Below are positions 23,553 to 38,085 of a DNA stretch of 64,000 bases, in pieces. A model generated the notes under the pieces. It was not told the DNA's origin. It ran no database searches and saw only the letters and a list, made by a program, of their open reading frames with translations. Positions within the stretch are counted from its first letter, which is position 1; every line of letters starts with the position of its first letter. This DNA comes from Eledone cirrhosa (Eukaryota), in assembly GCA_964016885.1 (NCBI GenBank), contig OZ024740.1, positions 209,994,001-210,058,000 of the forward strand. The letters are read 5' to 3'. The translations under genes and the position numbers were made by a program.

Positions 23553-25667
23553 TTTTCATGACTGTTTACTTTGAAGTTTCACTGATAACAGTTTTAAGAA
23601 GGCAGTAAGTATCCACAAAACTTCAAAGTAATTGGTCACTATAAGCCCCCTTAATACCAACAAACCTCAAACTGTCTCTGGTTCAATGAAACAAAACAAC
23701 TCATTCTAATTAATCTTTCAACATTCTAATTAATCATTTAATTAATTCTTCAACATATTTTGATCATTTTTTTTACAAATACCATCTTAATGAGGTAATT
23801 AATAATTTTATTAAATCTCTCCAAACACTTCATTAATTCAAAAATAGAGTATTTCATTAGAAATATGGCAATGATAGTGTTTATAATTCTTTCTAACATT
23901 GGTACAAAACCAGAAATGTGGGAGAAGGGGGAATGTTGATTATATTGACCCTAGTATTTAACAGGTGCTTATTTTATCTACTCTGGGTGGATTAAAGGCA
24001 AAGTTGAACTCGGTGAGATTTGAACTCAGAACATAGAGATTCATAACTAAATACAGCAAAACAGCTTGTCCAATGCTCTACTGATAGTACCAATCCACTG
24101 CTCTCTTGAAAGTGTTAATAATAAATCTAATAGTATAGTCAGTGCCAGATTTGCCATTTCGCTTAGGTGTGCTTTAGCACAGGGCCCCATTGGCCAGGGG
24201 GAGCCCATCTTCCTGCCCCCCCCCCCCCAATTTTTTTTACAATGAATTTTTCAAATGTTTGGGGCCTCATAACTTAACTAGCACAAGGCCTCATTTATCC
24301 TAAATCTGAGTATAGTTAATACGAAGCATTGTGAGATATGTAATATAAGACTGACAAGTTTCAAAAAGCTGGTAGAATATGGTAGAAATATATAAAGGGC
24401 AAATGATGACAAATAAAACAAAACAAAGTAATGTTTTACCCAGTATATTTCAACATGATATTTCAAAGCAGAAACGATCGATGTGTTCTCTCCTTTTGAA
24501 AGTGTTTTGAAACTTATCTGTCTTTTATTACAAATCTAATAATATTCTGTAAAAATACAGAATCATATTTCTGTTCTTTGTGAAAGCCCTACTGGAATGT
24601 ATATAAGAGAATTACAGATGGTAACTAAACATTAAAAAGAAAAAAAAAATATATGCTAATTAGTGAGTGAAAGAAGTCCACCATCCTTGACCTTTGAAGG
24701 TCTATTTAAACTGATAATACTAATGCAGTGGATGTTCAGCTTGAACATATGTTCATTAGTGTCTATAAAATATCAGTAGGGATGAATGTAGTTCAAGAGA
24801 GAAGCAATCTGGGTAACAAGAATAAGGTGAGGGTTTTTTCCTAACTCAATATTCAATTTTCCCACTGCACTATTGTTGTGTTCTTAGTAATATTTCAGAA
24901 AAAATACCATTTATATTGAATTAAAGATATAAAAAACTAATTTATTAAGCCATTATATATGTATTTGTTTTACAACTATTTTGTTGAATGTGATGTCATT
25001 GTGGCTGTTAAGACTTAAGGGAGTTTGGTTTGAGCAGACCAACAATCAAATACATCCCAACCATTTTCATTGTCTTTTTTCTGGCACAATATATCTAGGA
25101 CTACATTCTCTAGAGTATCTTTCCTTTTTTAAGAAAATAGGGTGTGATTTAGGGAAGATTTAGCTGCTATTTCATGTATGTCAAACAACCATATAAAGAT
25201 CCCCTCAGAGGGGCTTCCTTAATGTTATTTTCATTTCATTGAGGATATTTTAAACAAATTTTGGAGATTTTTAAAAGATTGCAACAGATACACGTAAAGC
25301 TGGATATTATTTTCTATGTATTTAAGAAATTACAGGCATGGTTGTGTAGTTAACATGTTGGCTTCACAACTGTGGAATTTCAGGTCCTATTCCTTTGCTT
25401 GGCACTTTGGAAAAATACTAGGAAAAATACAAGATGGTCATAGTTGGAATAGGTTTTCTCAATCAAGGATTGTCAGATGCTAATCAACAATAACTGCATG
25501 CAAAAGACTAATTGGCAAAGACTCACTTATCAACACTCTACAAACATTAGTTCACATTCTGCTCTGTTTCTTCTACCATTATTACAATGACTTCTGCTCT
25601 TCTAACCAACTGCAAACCTTTTCTCTCTAGCTAAGCTAACTTGATGCACCCAGTTCTTCCCTCTCCA

Positions 25668-28600
25668 CTCAGATTTACCCGGCTTTGCCTGGGGTTTGAA
25701 ATTATGCTAAGAAAATACAGCTAGGAAGTAAAAGAAGAACATTATTTGTCCCCAACCTGTCAAAATAAGCAGAAGACTTCAATAAATAATGCAAACGAAT
25801 ATTTAGTGCAATCTTTGTACACATAAAACTATGCTGATAATGAAGGAAAACACTGAACAGGATCTAGTTATACAAATGATTAAAGACAATACACGTAAAT
25901 CTGTAAAAAAACAGGCAGTTTTGCTAAAGTACAAAAAGTTGTAATGAAAGCAGAGTTGTATACAAACAAAAAAACAATGAGAGTAGAATAAGATAAAATC
26001 TATTCTTTGAGAGCTTCCTTTGCTGTGTATGGTTAAATTTTGAACTTATAATCCAAAATATCCTGCATGACATATTCATTGGTATGTTTTGTAATGAGTA
26101 AGGTGAAGTCAAGGCAGAGCTGTAATAAGTGTTTTTGTTAACACTAAAGCACTTCAGGATAGATGATATTCTTTGTTTTTCTTTTCGGAACAAACGCAAA
26201 GAGATTATCTCTACTGCCAACTTGTGAGCAGGCAATGTAGAATTGTCCGTGCGAAAAGCAAGGTTCATCCAAGTGAATTCCAGCGGCGGACAGTGTTTGA
26301 CCTTGCGACTTGTTTATGGACATCGCAAAGGCAACACGAAGGGGAAATTGGGTTCGGCGAAAGGAGAAGGGAGTATCCACGCCTGATGTAGTTAGGCTAA
26401 TTTTTGTTATTATCACATCCTCGCCTTTTCCACATCTGGATAGAATGGTAGCGTCAATATTAAGTGGAGACAGTTTTTTAACCACAAGGCGTATACCATT
26501 GCATAGTTTTGGAGGAGTGATATTTCTCAGCAAAATAACTGGTGTTCCCTCTTTCAGAAACAATGTATTAGGAGGTAAACCAGGAGGATTTAAAGAATTT
26601 AGAAATTCAACTGGATAATTGACCACATCCTGTGGATCACATACAGTATCAATAGAGAATATATATCCGTGGACATCCAGGAAGAAGCTGAAGAAGCTGA
26701 TCGTTAATACAGCTAACCGTGGTATTTTTGGGTGCAAGAATGGTTCTTTCGCATAGCCAATCAAGATTCGTATAGTTATCACGCAAGTTCGGGAATAAAC
26801 TCGCCTTGAGATCATCGACAGTTTGAACTACATTGCAGATGTGATCAATTGCTATGTGTCCATCTGTATCTGGAGGTAGGTTACCATCTCCTATTGTAAG
26901 AATGTCTCCAGAAAATGTTGATGACAGAGGGTCCCCATGCAACCTTGCACGCATGTTGGTAGTTAGTCTTAATGATGTCACTTGTCGCCACAATGGTGAA
27001 GACTTAGGACATGCATTTACCGCATCTGCTCTTGTTCCTTTCGGTATTATAGGAAGAGTCTGTCTGAAGTCTCCTGATAGCAGAAGGGTGACACCCCCCA
27101 TAACATCACTGCAATCCCGTATGTCTTGCAAAGACCTGTCTAGTGCCTCAAGAGCACCTTTGTACGCCATTGTGCACTCATCCCAAACAATAAGGTGACA
27201 CCTTTGCAGCAGATGAGCCCTTTCAGAGTATTTGGTAATATGACAAGTAGGAGTTTCCAATTTTGCCAAATCAAGGAGCAATTTAAAAACTGAATGTGCC
27301 GTCCTTCCACCAGGGAGCAAAGTTGCTGCGATTCCAGAGGATGCAACTGCTATTGCTATGTCCTTATTCTGTCTAACCTTTGCAAGAAGAAGTTTAGTAA
27401 CGAAAGTTTTTCCTGTCGCCCCTGGAGCATCGAGGAAAAATATGCCACCTCTTCTTTGAAATACTAATTCAGTAATGGTGGTATAAGCCAGTCGCTGATC
27501 AGCTAGAAGTTTTGGCTCATTATCTGTGACATAGATGCCGAGATCATGGATGTCATAAGAAGTCTCCTGGATGATATCTGTGGGAAGTTTGTTTGAGTCC
27601 GTGCGATGAGTTTCTGGTAAACCGAAGTCACGTAAAACCTTTCCTCCAATCAGAGCTAACTTGTCCTCAACATCAATGAGAGCTCTGTTGTATAATTCAT
27701 TACTAAAGCCGACCTCTATTTATGGAAGCAGCAATTGTGCTTGGTGTCTGTAGTCGTCTGTTAGTTCATCCCTATATTTCATCCACAAGGACAGAGGATC
27801 AGATAAGTTGCACGAGTGCAAAAGTACCGCAAATAAATTTCTTAGGCTGGCAGGTGAATGTGAAAGAGCAACTTCTGCCATCGTTGCATCCCACTGTGAA
27901 CCATCTTCCAGCAATCCACGCCTCAAACATGCCTTTGTGTATGTTGGAAGAACTTGTCCGTCTAACGTTCGGAGATCATCAAAGCAGGTAGGTCCTCTGA
28001 CCTCATGTAGTAGCATGCGAAGATGGAAGCACTCGTGTTGGTTTGGGGGCACAGTATAAACTCTGCCCAAGCACTCGTTGAACTTGATGCCTGGATAACC
28101 TTCGACACACTGTCCTATTTTTCCTCGCTTCCATGTATGTTTGTCCCAGGTATAGTAAGATGGGACTTGAGGATATAGTAAGGTTTTAGCAAATGGATCT
28201 TCTTAACATAGTTTAAAGAAAGCGGTAAGAGTAGTATCCTTTGGTTCTTGTGCAACTGAGCAGCTGATGCATTCGTAAAATATACTCTCTGACCGTTCTC
28301 GTGGTGCACTTGAAGTTTTGGAACAGCAGGATGCCGTTGATGTATAAAAAATCCGAAAATCTGCCAGAACGCTTCATTAGAGCTAATGTATCTTCCAGTT
28401 TGGTACTGGGCCACTTCATCTCGGCTGTTTTCCTGAAGTAATCCAAACGTAGCAGCATCAGAGCCTTTATTAATGTACTTACAAATGTATTTTATAGATT
28501 TAATCGAATTACAGTATTCTACGTTGATGTGTGCATCAAAAATCTTTATAAGGAGTGGATTATATGGAACAACCCATCTGTTGTCAACCTCATGTTTACC

Positions 28601-31529
28601 AACCCTTGCTGTGAATCCACCATCTTCGGGTCTTCGCCGGCGATATAGTGGGTATCCATCATGACCAGTCTGAGTGTCCTTAAGGAACTGTCGGGGAAAT
28701 TTCTTTGAGCACCTAGTCTTGTCCTTAACACACGGTAGGTTGTTGTGAAATCCATGTCCACATGGGCCATGCACCATGTGTGCTTTAACTTTTTGGTAAA
28801 GGTCCCTGTCGATTGCCGGATCCGGAAACTCAGCAGAAATGACATTGTCAATTTCATCTGATCTAAGTTTTGTCTTTAACCAGATCAGAATGCGGGCATG
28901 TGGCAAGCCTCGTTTTTGCCACTCAATTGTAAGCATGTCACATTGTACTGGGCCAAAGATTTCACCTGTTTTGATAAGTTCCATGAACTTAATTAACTTA
29001 AGATGGAAAACTCTAGCAATAAGATCCTGCCTGGCTGTGACCTTTTGACCTGGAAAGAGTTTTTCTGAATCTCTTCCCAATTGTGGGTCTGAAGTGAAAG
29101 TAATAAACAAATCTGGTTTACCGAAAAGGCGCACAAAAGTTAAAGCATCTTGAATTTTTTCGAAAAAGAACCGAGGACTTCCTGTGAAAGATGAAGGCAG
29201 GATGCACAACAGTCCAATACTATTAGGATCTGCATCATTGTTCATTTCACCACAAAGGTGAATGTAAGTGTCACAGCGAAGTTGTTTCTGATTAAGTCGA
29301 ATGAAACATAATCTCTCGGACTCCATTTTTGCGAACATGTCAACTGCAAATTGATTGAAGAGGTCTTGTGATCGGTGCAGCTGGTTGAAGCAGTTGTCAC
29401 GGAACATGAATCGGAAAGTGTAAAAATCCATGCACGTGACAATGTTCGTGTTTGAGGAATTCCGAAATGGTATCCATCCTCACCATAAACAAATAATAGC
29501 GGATATTGGAGTGCGTCGTAAGATCGATGGGTTTCACTTATTCTGTTAAGGCTGTTGTCTTGTCGCTTGATAATAATGTCTCTCTTGTTGTGCTGCTCTC
29601 CACTAATAACGATGGCTACCTCATTACAAGTAGGTGCATTATACCGGCCCACATGCTCCCCAGATGGTCTCTCATCAAGCGTAAATGACGATATTGTAAT
29701 TTGGCGAAGGTGCTTCTTCTAAAGCATACTTGAAGCTTTGAATGTAGCTATTGTTAGAGTGACACGTCTTGGAAGTCAATCAAGAGTTCCAGTTTAGTGT
29801 CTGAAGTGTACGATTGCCGTCGATCTGCTTGCTGATGACAGTTAATAATAAAGTAAACCTCTAAAAATTGTAGCTCTTCAGTAGGCAACGGTTGCAGTGA
29901 TCCAATGAGATGATACAGCTGGCCCTGTACTTTGAAAGTCGGCATAAATCCATCTTGTTTCAGACGTTTTGCACCGAAAGAGGTCATTTGAAACGTAATG
30001 TTGTACTGTCGGATATGCTTCAGAAAATCACGTGATTGTGAATGCTTACCTGTTAGAAGCATCTGGAGAGGTTGCGGTGGTTCCCTAAGGGTGGGCAAAT
30101 TAACCTTACCATTGGAGCAGCACATTCCAGCCGATTCTACCGCCCACTTTTTAGCTTTACAATGTTGGCATGTATTTGACATGGCATATATTTGAATATC
30201 AGGATGGATTTGATAGTTAACATTAGGGTCATAATTAACTGCCTTAAGGTACCATCATGAGCGTGATGCCTTTGAAATACCCTGCAATAAAGCTCTATGT
30301 TGAGCGTTACCCTCCAGCCGAATAGCTCGACTTGTTACAGTCTCTAGAGCTCGTGCCGTAGCAGTAGCTGAAGTATTTCTCAAATGCTGACTTTGACGTT
30401 CTTGCTCAGTCTCAATTGCTCTTGCTGCAGCATTAGCTGAAGCATTACGCACACGGCGTCTTTCATATTTTTGTACTGTCTCTGCAGATCTTGCTACAGC
30501 AGTATCTGTAGCATCCATAGAAAGGCGTGTTTTACATTGCTCTGTAGTCTCTGCAGCTCGTGCTGCAGCAGTTGCTTTAGCATTATTGGTTCGCCGCACT
30601 AACCGACGCTTAGCAGCGGACAAAGATGTTGCAATAACTGTACTCACTGCATTTTGTGATTGTCTATTTTCAGTTATCGGTGGAGCGTCATTTATACGCA
30701 TTGTTTTCTTCGACCGAGAGGTCAAAATCCGAGAGCCAATATGTGCATACTTTCTTTTACGGGGCATATTTGGTGAAAAATTGTAAAGTCAAAATGTATG
30801 AATTGAAGCGTTACAGTAAAATTAAAAATCCTTTGAATAACTACATCCTGATGTTCCTCCATTGTCAAAAAAGTTTGATGTGTACGAATACAGCTGGAAG
30901 CATAAATAATGCCTGCCTCAAATGTGGACGAAATTACTTTAAAAATGTAAAAGTTGTAGATCCCAATGGTTTGAATGGAAAGTCTCATAAGGATTGTTCT
31001 AAAAATAAACAAACCATCATCAAAATCTCAATTCGAGACTGCTGCCAGATTAGGCCCTTACCGTGAAATTAACACTTAATATAGTGAAACAAGTTAAAAC
31101 AAGTGCTTTTTTAACTTTGAAAGTGCAAAAAAATTTTTTTTTTTTGTATCAACATAGCTTATGAAAGTAGCGATACCGACTTTGAAGGTTTTACACACAA
31201 CGACATTCAGAATAAACAAGAAACAAACGATAATATGTGATTTATCTTCAAATGAATCTGATGTTTATATTTCTGAAATTTCAACACCACAAATTGTCAA
31301 TAAAGTTGGTTATCTCCCTTATATCATGCGTTTTCGAAAAAATAATGTTACTGCCGATTTTGTATTGCTCAAAGTGGGTCGATTTGAAAAATTTTTGTGA
31401 CGTGACCATCTTAGCGACCTGTGCAACGTGCACAGAAAATTTGGTCAAATTCGGTTGGTAATTGTAAAAGCCTTAGGTATCCAAAGTTGTACACAGACAC
31501 ACACACATCCTCGCTTTTATATATATAGA
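25668..31529 (-). mobile_element. Full-length decayed autonomous Helitron
   Basis: 5' A|TCTATATATAT start at 31529; 3' hairpin CCCAGGCAAAGCCGGG followed by a degenerate CTRR end near 25668; Rep-helicase ORF pieces lie in between. Confidence 0.9.
26144..30767 (-). pseudogene. Helitron RepHel (Zn finger, HUH Rep, Pif1 helicase), frameshifted
   Basis: Collinear ORF fragments: ETxEQ repeats, CQHC...[64 protein letters not shown]. Confidence 0.95.
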
Positions 31530-31985
31530 TATTATTGCGTGTAGGCAGGTCTCTTTGGAAATAAGGGTGGGGCGCTGAGTGTATTACATGGCTGTGAGGG
31601 GGGGTAGTGGCTCAAAAAGTTTGAGAACCTCTGATGTATAATTTAGATGATATAGAAACATAATAATTATTTGCAATTTGGAAATATTAGCATCTCAAAC
31701 ACAAAATGACAGTAGTAACAATTGATTACAATAAATAATAATTGAGAAAATTGGTTAAAATACTCTTAGAGATGGAAATAAAAAGGGAACAAGCACTTCT
31801 ATTGATTTTCTCCATCACTAAGGGTATTTTACCAGATTTTCTGAACTACTATTTATAGGCCGATAGAATAAAGCACCAGTAATACAATGGATTCGGTTTA
31901 ATCGACTTTCTCCTCCCCTCAAATTGTTGGGATTGTGCCTAAATCAGAAATCATTATAATCATTATTATCACCATCATCATAAAG

Positions 31986-32175
31986 TTGGTTGATTGGCAG
32001 TATCGGTAGAGCATCAGACACCATGCTTCACAGCATAGAGTTATAGCCCTTTACGTTCTGAGTTCAAATCCAGCTGCGGTTAGCTTTACCTTTCATCCTT
32101 ACGGGGTTCGATAAAATAAAGCACCAGTAATGCACTGGGGTAATTGCTGACCTTGTGCCAAAAGTAGAAACAATT
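31986..32175 (+). mobile_element. tRNA-derived CORE SINE
   Basis: Same consensus. Confidence 0.82.
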
Positions 32176-32494
32176 GTCAGAAAACAGCACAGTTCCCATA
32201 ACTTTCGGAAACATTTTTTCACACTCAGAGTTGCTGAAGCATGGAACAAACTGCCTGCATCAGTTGTTAGCTGCTGAGACACTGCATCCTTTAAAACCCA
32301 CATGCTTCCCGAAATTCGCCAAAACTACACCTGATGTCCCCCTTCCATACACATGCACACATGTGTATATCATGATTCATGCACTGTTCATTTTCCTGAC
32401 GTTTGTACATTACCCTATGTACTATACATACACTTTTGATGAGTTGTGGTGCACCTGAGCACTGTACACAATATTTTCATTATTATTATATTAT
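32176..32494 (+). mobile_element. 3' fragment of the same LINE family as 19256-20475
   Basis: Closely matches 20161-20473. Confidence 0.88.
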
Positions 32495-32859
32495 ACCAGT
32501 AATGCACTGGGTAATTGCTGGCCTTGTGCCAAAAGTAGAAACAATTATTATATTATAATAAAAAAAGGAACAAACACTTCTATTGGTTATCTCCATCAAT
32601 TTTACCAGATTTTCTGAACTATTATTTATAGAGATCAACTATTATTACTAACATTTTCTGCATTTGGGATGCTCAACAACAACAGCAACAACAACAACAG
32701 GACAGATACATACTCCAGTAATAGGGTTAGAGAACATATGTTAAAAGAGAGACCTGTAAATCTAACACTTTACATAAGACAGTGGTACCAGAACAACAAG
32801 AAAGACACAGATACATAACAATCAACAGTAACTGATAAGATGGAAATTAAAAGGCAACA

Positions 32860-34820
32860 ATTGTGGAACACTGCCATGGCCATCACTACTGCCACTACCA
32901 ATAACACTACTGCCACGACAACGACCACCACCACCACTATCACCACAAACAAAAACAACAACACTGCCGCCACCACCACCACACCACTATGTCACCACCA
33001 CCACTATCACCACCACCACTATCACCACTAACAAAAACAACAACATTGACGCCACCACCACTATGTTACCACCACCACTGCCACCACCACCACTACCACC
33101 ACTAACATAAACAACACTGCCACCACCACCACTATGTCACCACCACCACTGCCACCTCCACCTCTATCACCACCACCACTACCACCACCACTATCACCAC
33201 CACCACCACTGCCACCACCACCACCACTACCACCACTAACATAAACAACAACACTGCCCCCACCACCACCACTGCCACCACCACCACTATCACCACCACC
33301 ACTATCACCCCCACCACTACCACCACTAACAAAAACAACAACACTGTCGCCACCACCACCACTATGGCAACAACAACACTGCCGCCACCACCACTATGTC
33401 ACCACCACCACTGCCACCACCACCACTACCACCACTAACATAAACAACAACACTGTCGCCACCACCACTATGTCACCACCACTGCCACCACCACCACTAC
33501 CACCACCACCACTACCACCACTAACAAAAACAACAACACTGTCGCCACCACCACTATGTCACCACCACTGCCACCACCACCACTACCACCACCACCACTA
33601 CCACCACTAACAAAAACAACAACACTGTCGCCACCACCACTATGTCACCACCACTGCCACCACCACCACTACCACCACTAACATAAACAACAACACTGTC
33701 GCCACCACCACTATGTCACCACCACTGCCACCACCACCACTACCACCACCACCACTACCACCACTAACAAAAACAACAACACTGTCGCCACCACCACTAT
33801 GTCACCACCACTGCCACCACCACCACTACCACCACCACCACTACCACCACTAACAAAAACAACAACACTGTCGCCGCCACCACTATGTCACCACCACTGC
33901 CACCACCACCACTACCACCACCACCACTACCACCACTAACATAAACAACAACACTGTCGCCACCACCACTATGTCACCACCATTGCCACCACCACCACTA
34001 CCACCACCACCACTACCACCACTAACAAAAACAACAACACTGTCGCCACCACCACCACTATGTCACCACCACTGCCACCACCACCACTACCACCACTAAC
34101 AAAAACAACAACACTGCCGCCACCACCACTATGTCACCACCACTGCCACCACCACTACCACCACCACCACTACCACCACTAACAAAAACAACAACACTGT
34201 CGCCACCACCACTGCCACCACCACCACTACCACCACCACCACTACCACCACTAACAAAAACAACAACACTGCCGCCACCACCACCACTATGGCAACAACC
34301 ACTGCTCCCAACACTGCTGCCACCAACACCACAACAGCTCCCCACGACCACTACTGCCACTATCCACACTTTTACCACCACCACCATCTCCACCTTTACC
34401 ACCACCACCGTCGACATCACCAACACTATCATCACCACTGCCACCAACAACACTGTCGCCACGACCACCACCATCACTATGGCAGCAACCACTGCCTCAC
34501 CATTCACACTTATACCACCACCACCATCTCCACCACCACCATCTCCACCTTTACCACCACCAACACTATCATCACCACTGCCACCAACAACACTGTCGCC
34601 AAGACCACCACCATCACTATGGCAGCAACCACTGCCTCACCATCCACACTTATACCACCACCATCACCAACACTACCACCACTGCCGTCGCCCCCACCAC
34701 TTTTACCACCATCACCATCATCCCCACCTTCACCAACACTATCACCACTGTTGCTGCCCCCACCAACCACTTTCATCTCCACCCCCACCTTCACAACAAC
34801 AACAACAACAACAACAAACA
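32860..34820. repeat. (CAC/CAA)-derived minisatellite with ~72-84-bp higher-order units
   Basis: Recurrent AACAACAACACTGTCGCCACCACCACTATGTCACCACC. Confidence 0.92.
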
Positions 34821-35079
34821 TAAACTATGTACTCTGCCAGTAGTAATGTAAACAGTAGGTGTTAGAAGAAGAAGGAAAAATATGATTCCTAACATAGGTA
34901 CAATACCACAGATTAGGGTGGTGGCGGTGGGTGGAGTGTAGTTATATAAAGGGATGCAAATAATACCACAAGATATTTTGTCTGGCGCTCTACTAATTCT
35001 ACAACTCATACTATATTGGATGAATATTATTGTTGTTGCTTTGCTTATACATCCAGGTTAGTCCTGATTGAGAAAACAT

Positions 35080-35311
35080 TATCATCATCATCATCATCAT
35101 CACCGTTTTACGCCTGTTCTTCCACGCTAGCATGGGTTAGACAGGTTGTCCTGTTGTGGGCAGTGTCCGGTCGGCTGACCTTGTCTTGCTCATACGGGAA
35201 CTGATTCTGGCTTGATTTCTACAGCTGGATGCCCTTCCTAACACCAACCTCATTTACAGTGAGTGCTGGGTTCTTTTTTTTCCGTGGCGCCTCCACGACC
35301 ACTTTGCAGTG
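35080..35311 (-). mobile_element. RTE 3'UTR copy
   Basis: Reverse complement of 6370-6588. Confidence 0.8.
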
Positions 35312-37186
35312 GAATGTTAGGGACCCCAGTCCTATCATCTCATTTCTACAGCTGAGTAAACTGGAGCAATGTGAAATAAAGTGTCTTGTTCAAGGAAACA
35401 ACACATCACCCGATCCGAGAATTGAACTCACAACCTTTCGATTGCAAGCCCAATGCTCTAACCACTAAGCCATGTGCCTTGACATTATAATCAGAGATAT
35501 TCCTATAGTTACTGAGGATATCTAGGATTACATTATCCAATGTGTCCTTCCCTTTATATAGAAAGTAGGATTTGATTTGAGGGTGATTTGGTTGCTATTT
35601 CTAACAGTATTAATTTCTTACATAGTCACAAGGCAGTGAATTGGCAGAGTCATGAGAACATAGGATAGAATGCTTTATGGTATTTGTTTTGGCTCTCTAC
35701 AATCTGAGTTCAAAACCTGCAAAGATCAATTTTACCTTTCATCCTTTCAAGGTAGATAAAAAAGTAGTAGATTCTTCCTCTATATCTCTTTCTCACTTCT
35801 TCTCTATCATGCACACACACACACACACACACACACACTCTCTCTCTCTCTCTTTCTTTCTTTCCCTCTCCTTCTCTAGAAGAAATTGGCTGTGTTCAGA
35901 CTTGGAGAGTAGCTGGGCTCCGCCATGTTTAGAAAATGTCCAACATGCTGTATATTACTAAATCACCCTTATGATTCCTTCAAGAGTCATGTGAGCATAC
36001 ATATATTGTCACAAAGGCCTCACCATTTAGAAGATGGGGAGCTTAGTCAATTAAATGTAACCCAGTATTAGAGTGGTGCTTATTTTATCAGTTGACACAG
36101 CTTGATTGAGTAGTTAAGATGTTCACTTCATAATTAGTAGGTCCCAGGTTCAATCTCACAACTTTATGATCATATGTCCAACACCTTAACCACGAGGCCA
36201 CAAGCATATAGGAATCTAACTGAATACCACAATGCATATTTTCTGGAACTCTAATGCCCTTTAATTTTTCATGTCTCTGAAGTTAGTGGAAGGAAGGAAG
36301 TATGTTACACTCAAACCACAGATCACAGAGTGAACTAAAGATACCGGGAGACCAGATGATGGTGTTAAATGTGAGGACTGGGTTAAGCCCACCACTTCAG
36401 AAACCTAATCTAGGAATCAGAACAAACAGGTATTTTCTCCGACATAAACAATTCCTTCCATCAATTTACCACACTGGCTTCGTATTTTATTCTATGACCT
36501 ATGAAAGGATGAAAGGCCCAGTTGACCATTTTATGATCCACTCATGCCACTATGTGCTGTCTGTTCTTTACTATACCACATGCAATATTTAGTTACTTGA
36601 ATTATCTCTAGAATTGCTGTTCATATTATCTTTACTCCTGTTGAGAAGCCCTGAAATTCTATGACACAGTCACTAATGTTCGGCAAAACAAACTCTATCA
36701 GTAATTTGTACAGGAGTTTAATAGTTATTGAAATGGTTATTACATTTTAATTCACTTTTTCCGGTTATTATGTATTTTCTGTTTTTTCGTAGATTATATG
36801 CATTGCACCATAGTGGCTTTCAACCCATGTAATTCAAAACACAATTCTTTGTGTGTTCATTTCTATATATTATATTATAAAGAGCCCAGTTGTTATACTT
36901 TGAGTTCTAGCAGTATCAGTAGAGGGTCAAACACCATGCTTTGTCGCATACAGTTACGACCCTTGCATTCTGAGTTCAAATCCAGCCGAGGTACGGAATA
37001 CCTCGGCCTCGGGATGGTGTCTACATTTTGTGCTTATAAAAAAAATTTGTCGTAGATTACCAGGGTTTTTGTCTGTGCGAAGAAAATCAATACTTTATCG
37101 CAAAATAAATACTTTTGTTTATATTTTGTTATTGTGTATGCAAAAATATCTGTACACGAATATATAATTATATATATATATATATA

Positions 37187-37518
37187 TATAAACGTTTGTA
37201 AGGCCAAGACAATGCAGGTATGGATATAGAATATAAATGCAAATGCAAAAGATATTGTTGACAATTAATCTTTTACCTTAAATTTATTTAAATATCCTTA
37301 ATTTTCGAGATAATATCTCTTCTTCAGAGGGAAGTAAAGTGGTTATTTCCCTCCGAAGAAGAGATATTATCTCGAAAATTAAGGATATTTAAATAAATTT
37401 AATGATATTTAAATAAATTTAAGGTAAAAGACTAATTCTCAACAATATCTTCTGCATTTGCATTTATATTCTATATCCATATCTGCATTGTCTTGGCCTT
37501 ACAACTAAAAACGTTTAT
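37187..37518. repeat. Palindrome, ~150-bp arms
   Basis: Arms meet at GGGAAGTAA agtgg TTATTTCCC. Confidence 0.92.
37296..37330 (-). ncRNA. Minimal type I hammerhead (plus-strand twin 37350-37384 has CCGAAGA)
   Basis: Minus strand: CCT CTGAAGA A GAGAT-ATT-ATCTC GAAA AT TA AGG. Confidence 0.68.
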
Positions 37519-37976
37519 ACATCATTACACAATGCTTCAAGTGAACTACAACTTCCTCCATATATATATATATATATTAAAATAAATCTTCTGAAACTAA
37601 AAAAATCAATCTGTGAACGCAGAAGTAAATATTTCGAAAAACGTTACACACTATATATATAGATACACACACATATAGCGTCATAATGTCGTAATGCAGA
37701 CAGACATACAGACAGATATTATAAGGGCGCAACGTTATATCTATGTATCTATCTAAAAAGAAAGACTAAGAATTATAGAGAGAGATCGCTAAATCGCCTA
37801 ATGCGGTCCCTAGGGCATTGAAAATTTGAAATATTTTTTGCTCAAAACACTCACAGGACCATAAGTATTACATGTGTAAAGTTTGAAAACAATCGGTTGG
37901 GTGGTTCTCGAGTTTTAGGGAGTCAGACAGACAGACAGACAGACATTCTCTGTTTTAGATATATAGATAATATAAT

Positions 37977-38085
37977 TGTTTCTACTTTTGGCACAAGGTC
38001 AGCAATTACCCAATGCATTACTGGTACTTTATTCTATCGACCCCGGAAGGATGAAAGGCAAAGTTAACCTCGGCGGGATTTTAAC
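37977..38085 (-). mobile_element. 5'-truncated CORE SINE with a 23-bp TSD
   Basis: TTTAGATATATAGATAATATAAT on both sides. Confidence 0.85.

Larger units (their letters stand above)
36985..37968 (-). mobile_element. Non-autonomous Helitron-like element, copy 2, with a palindromic insert in its (TA)n
   Basis: Homologous to 16423-16954 from 37093 onward; terminal hairpin CCGAGGTA-CGGAA-TACCTCGG at ~36985. Confidence 0.62.

Noticed and set aside
32770-34843. Pro/Thr/His/Val-rich ORFs resembling extensin or mucin
   Set aside because: Trinucleotide-derived minisatellite open in many frames on both strands; no splice or domain evidence.
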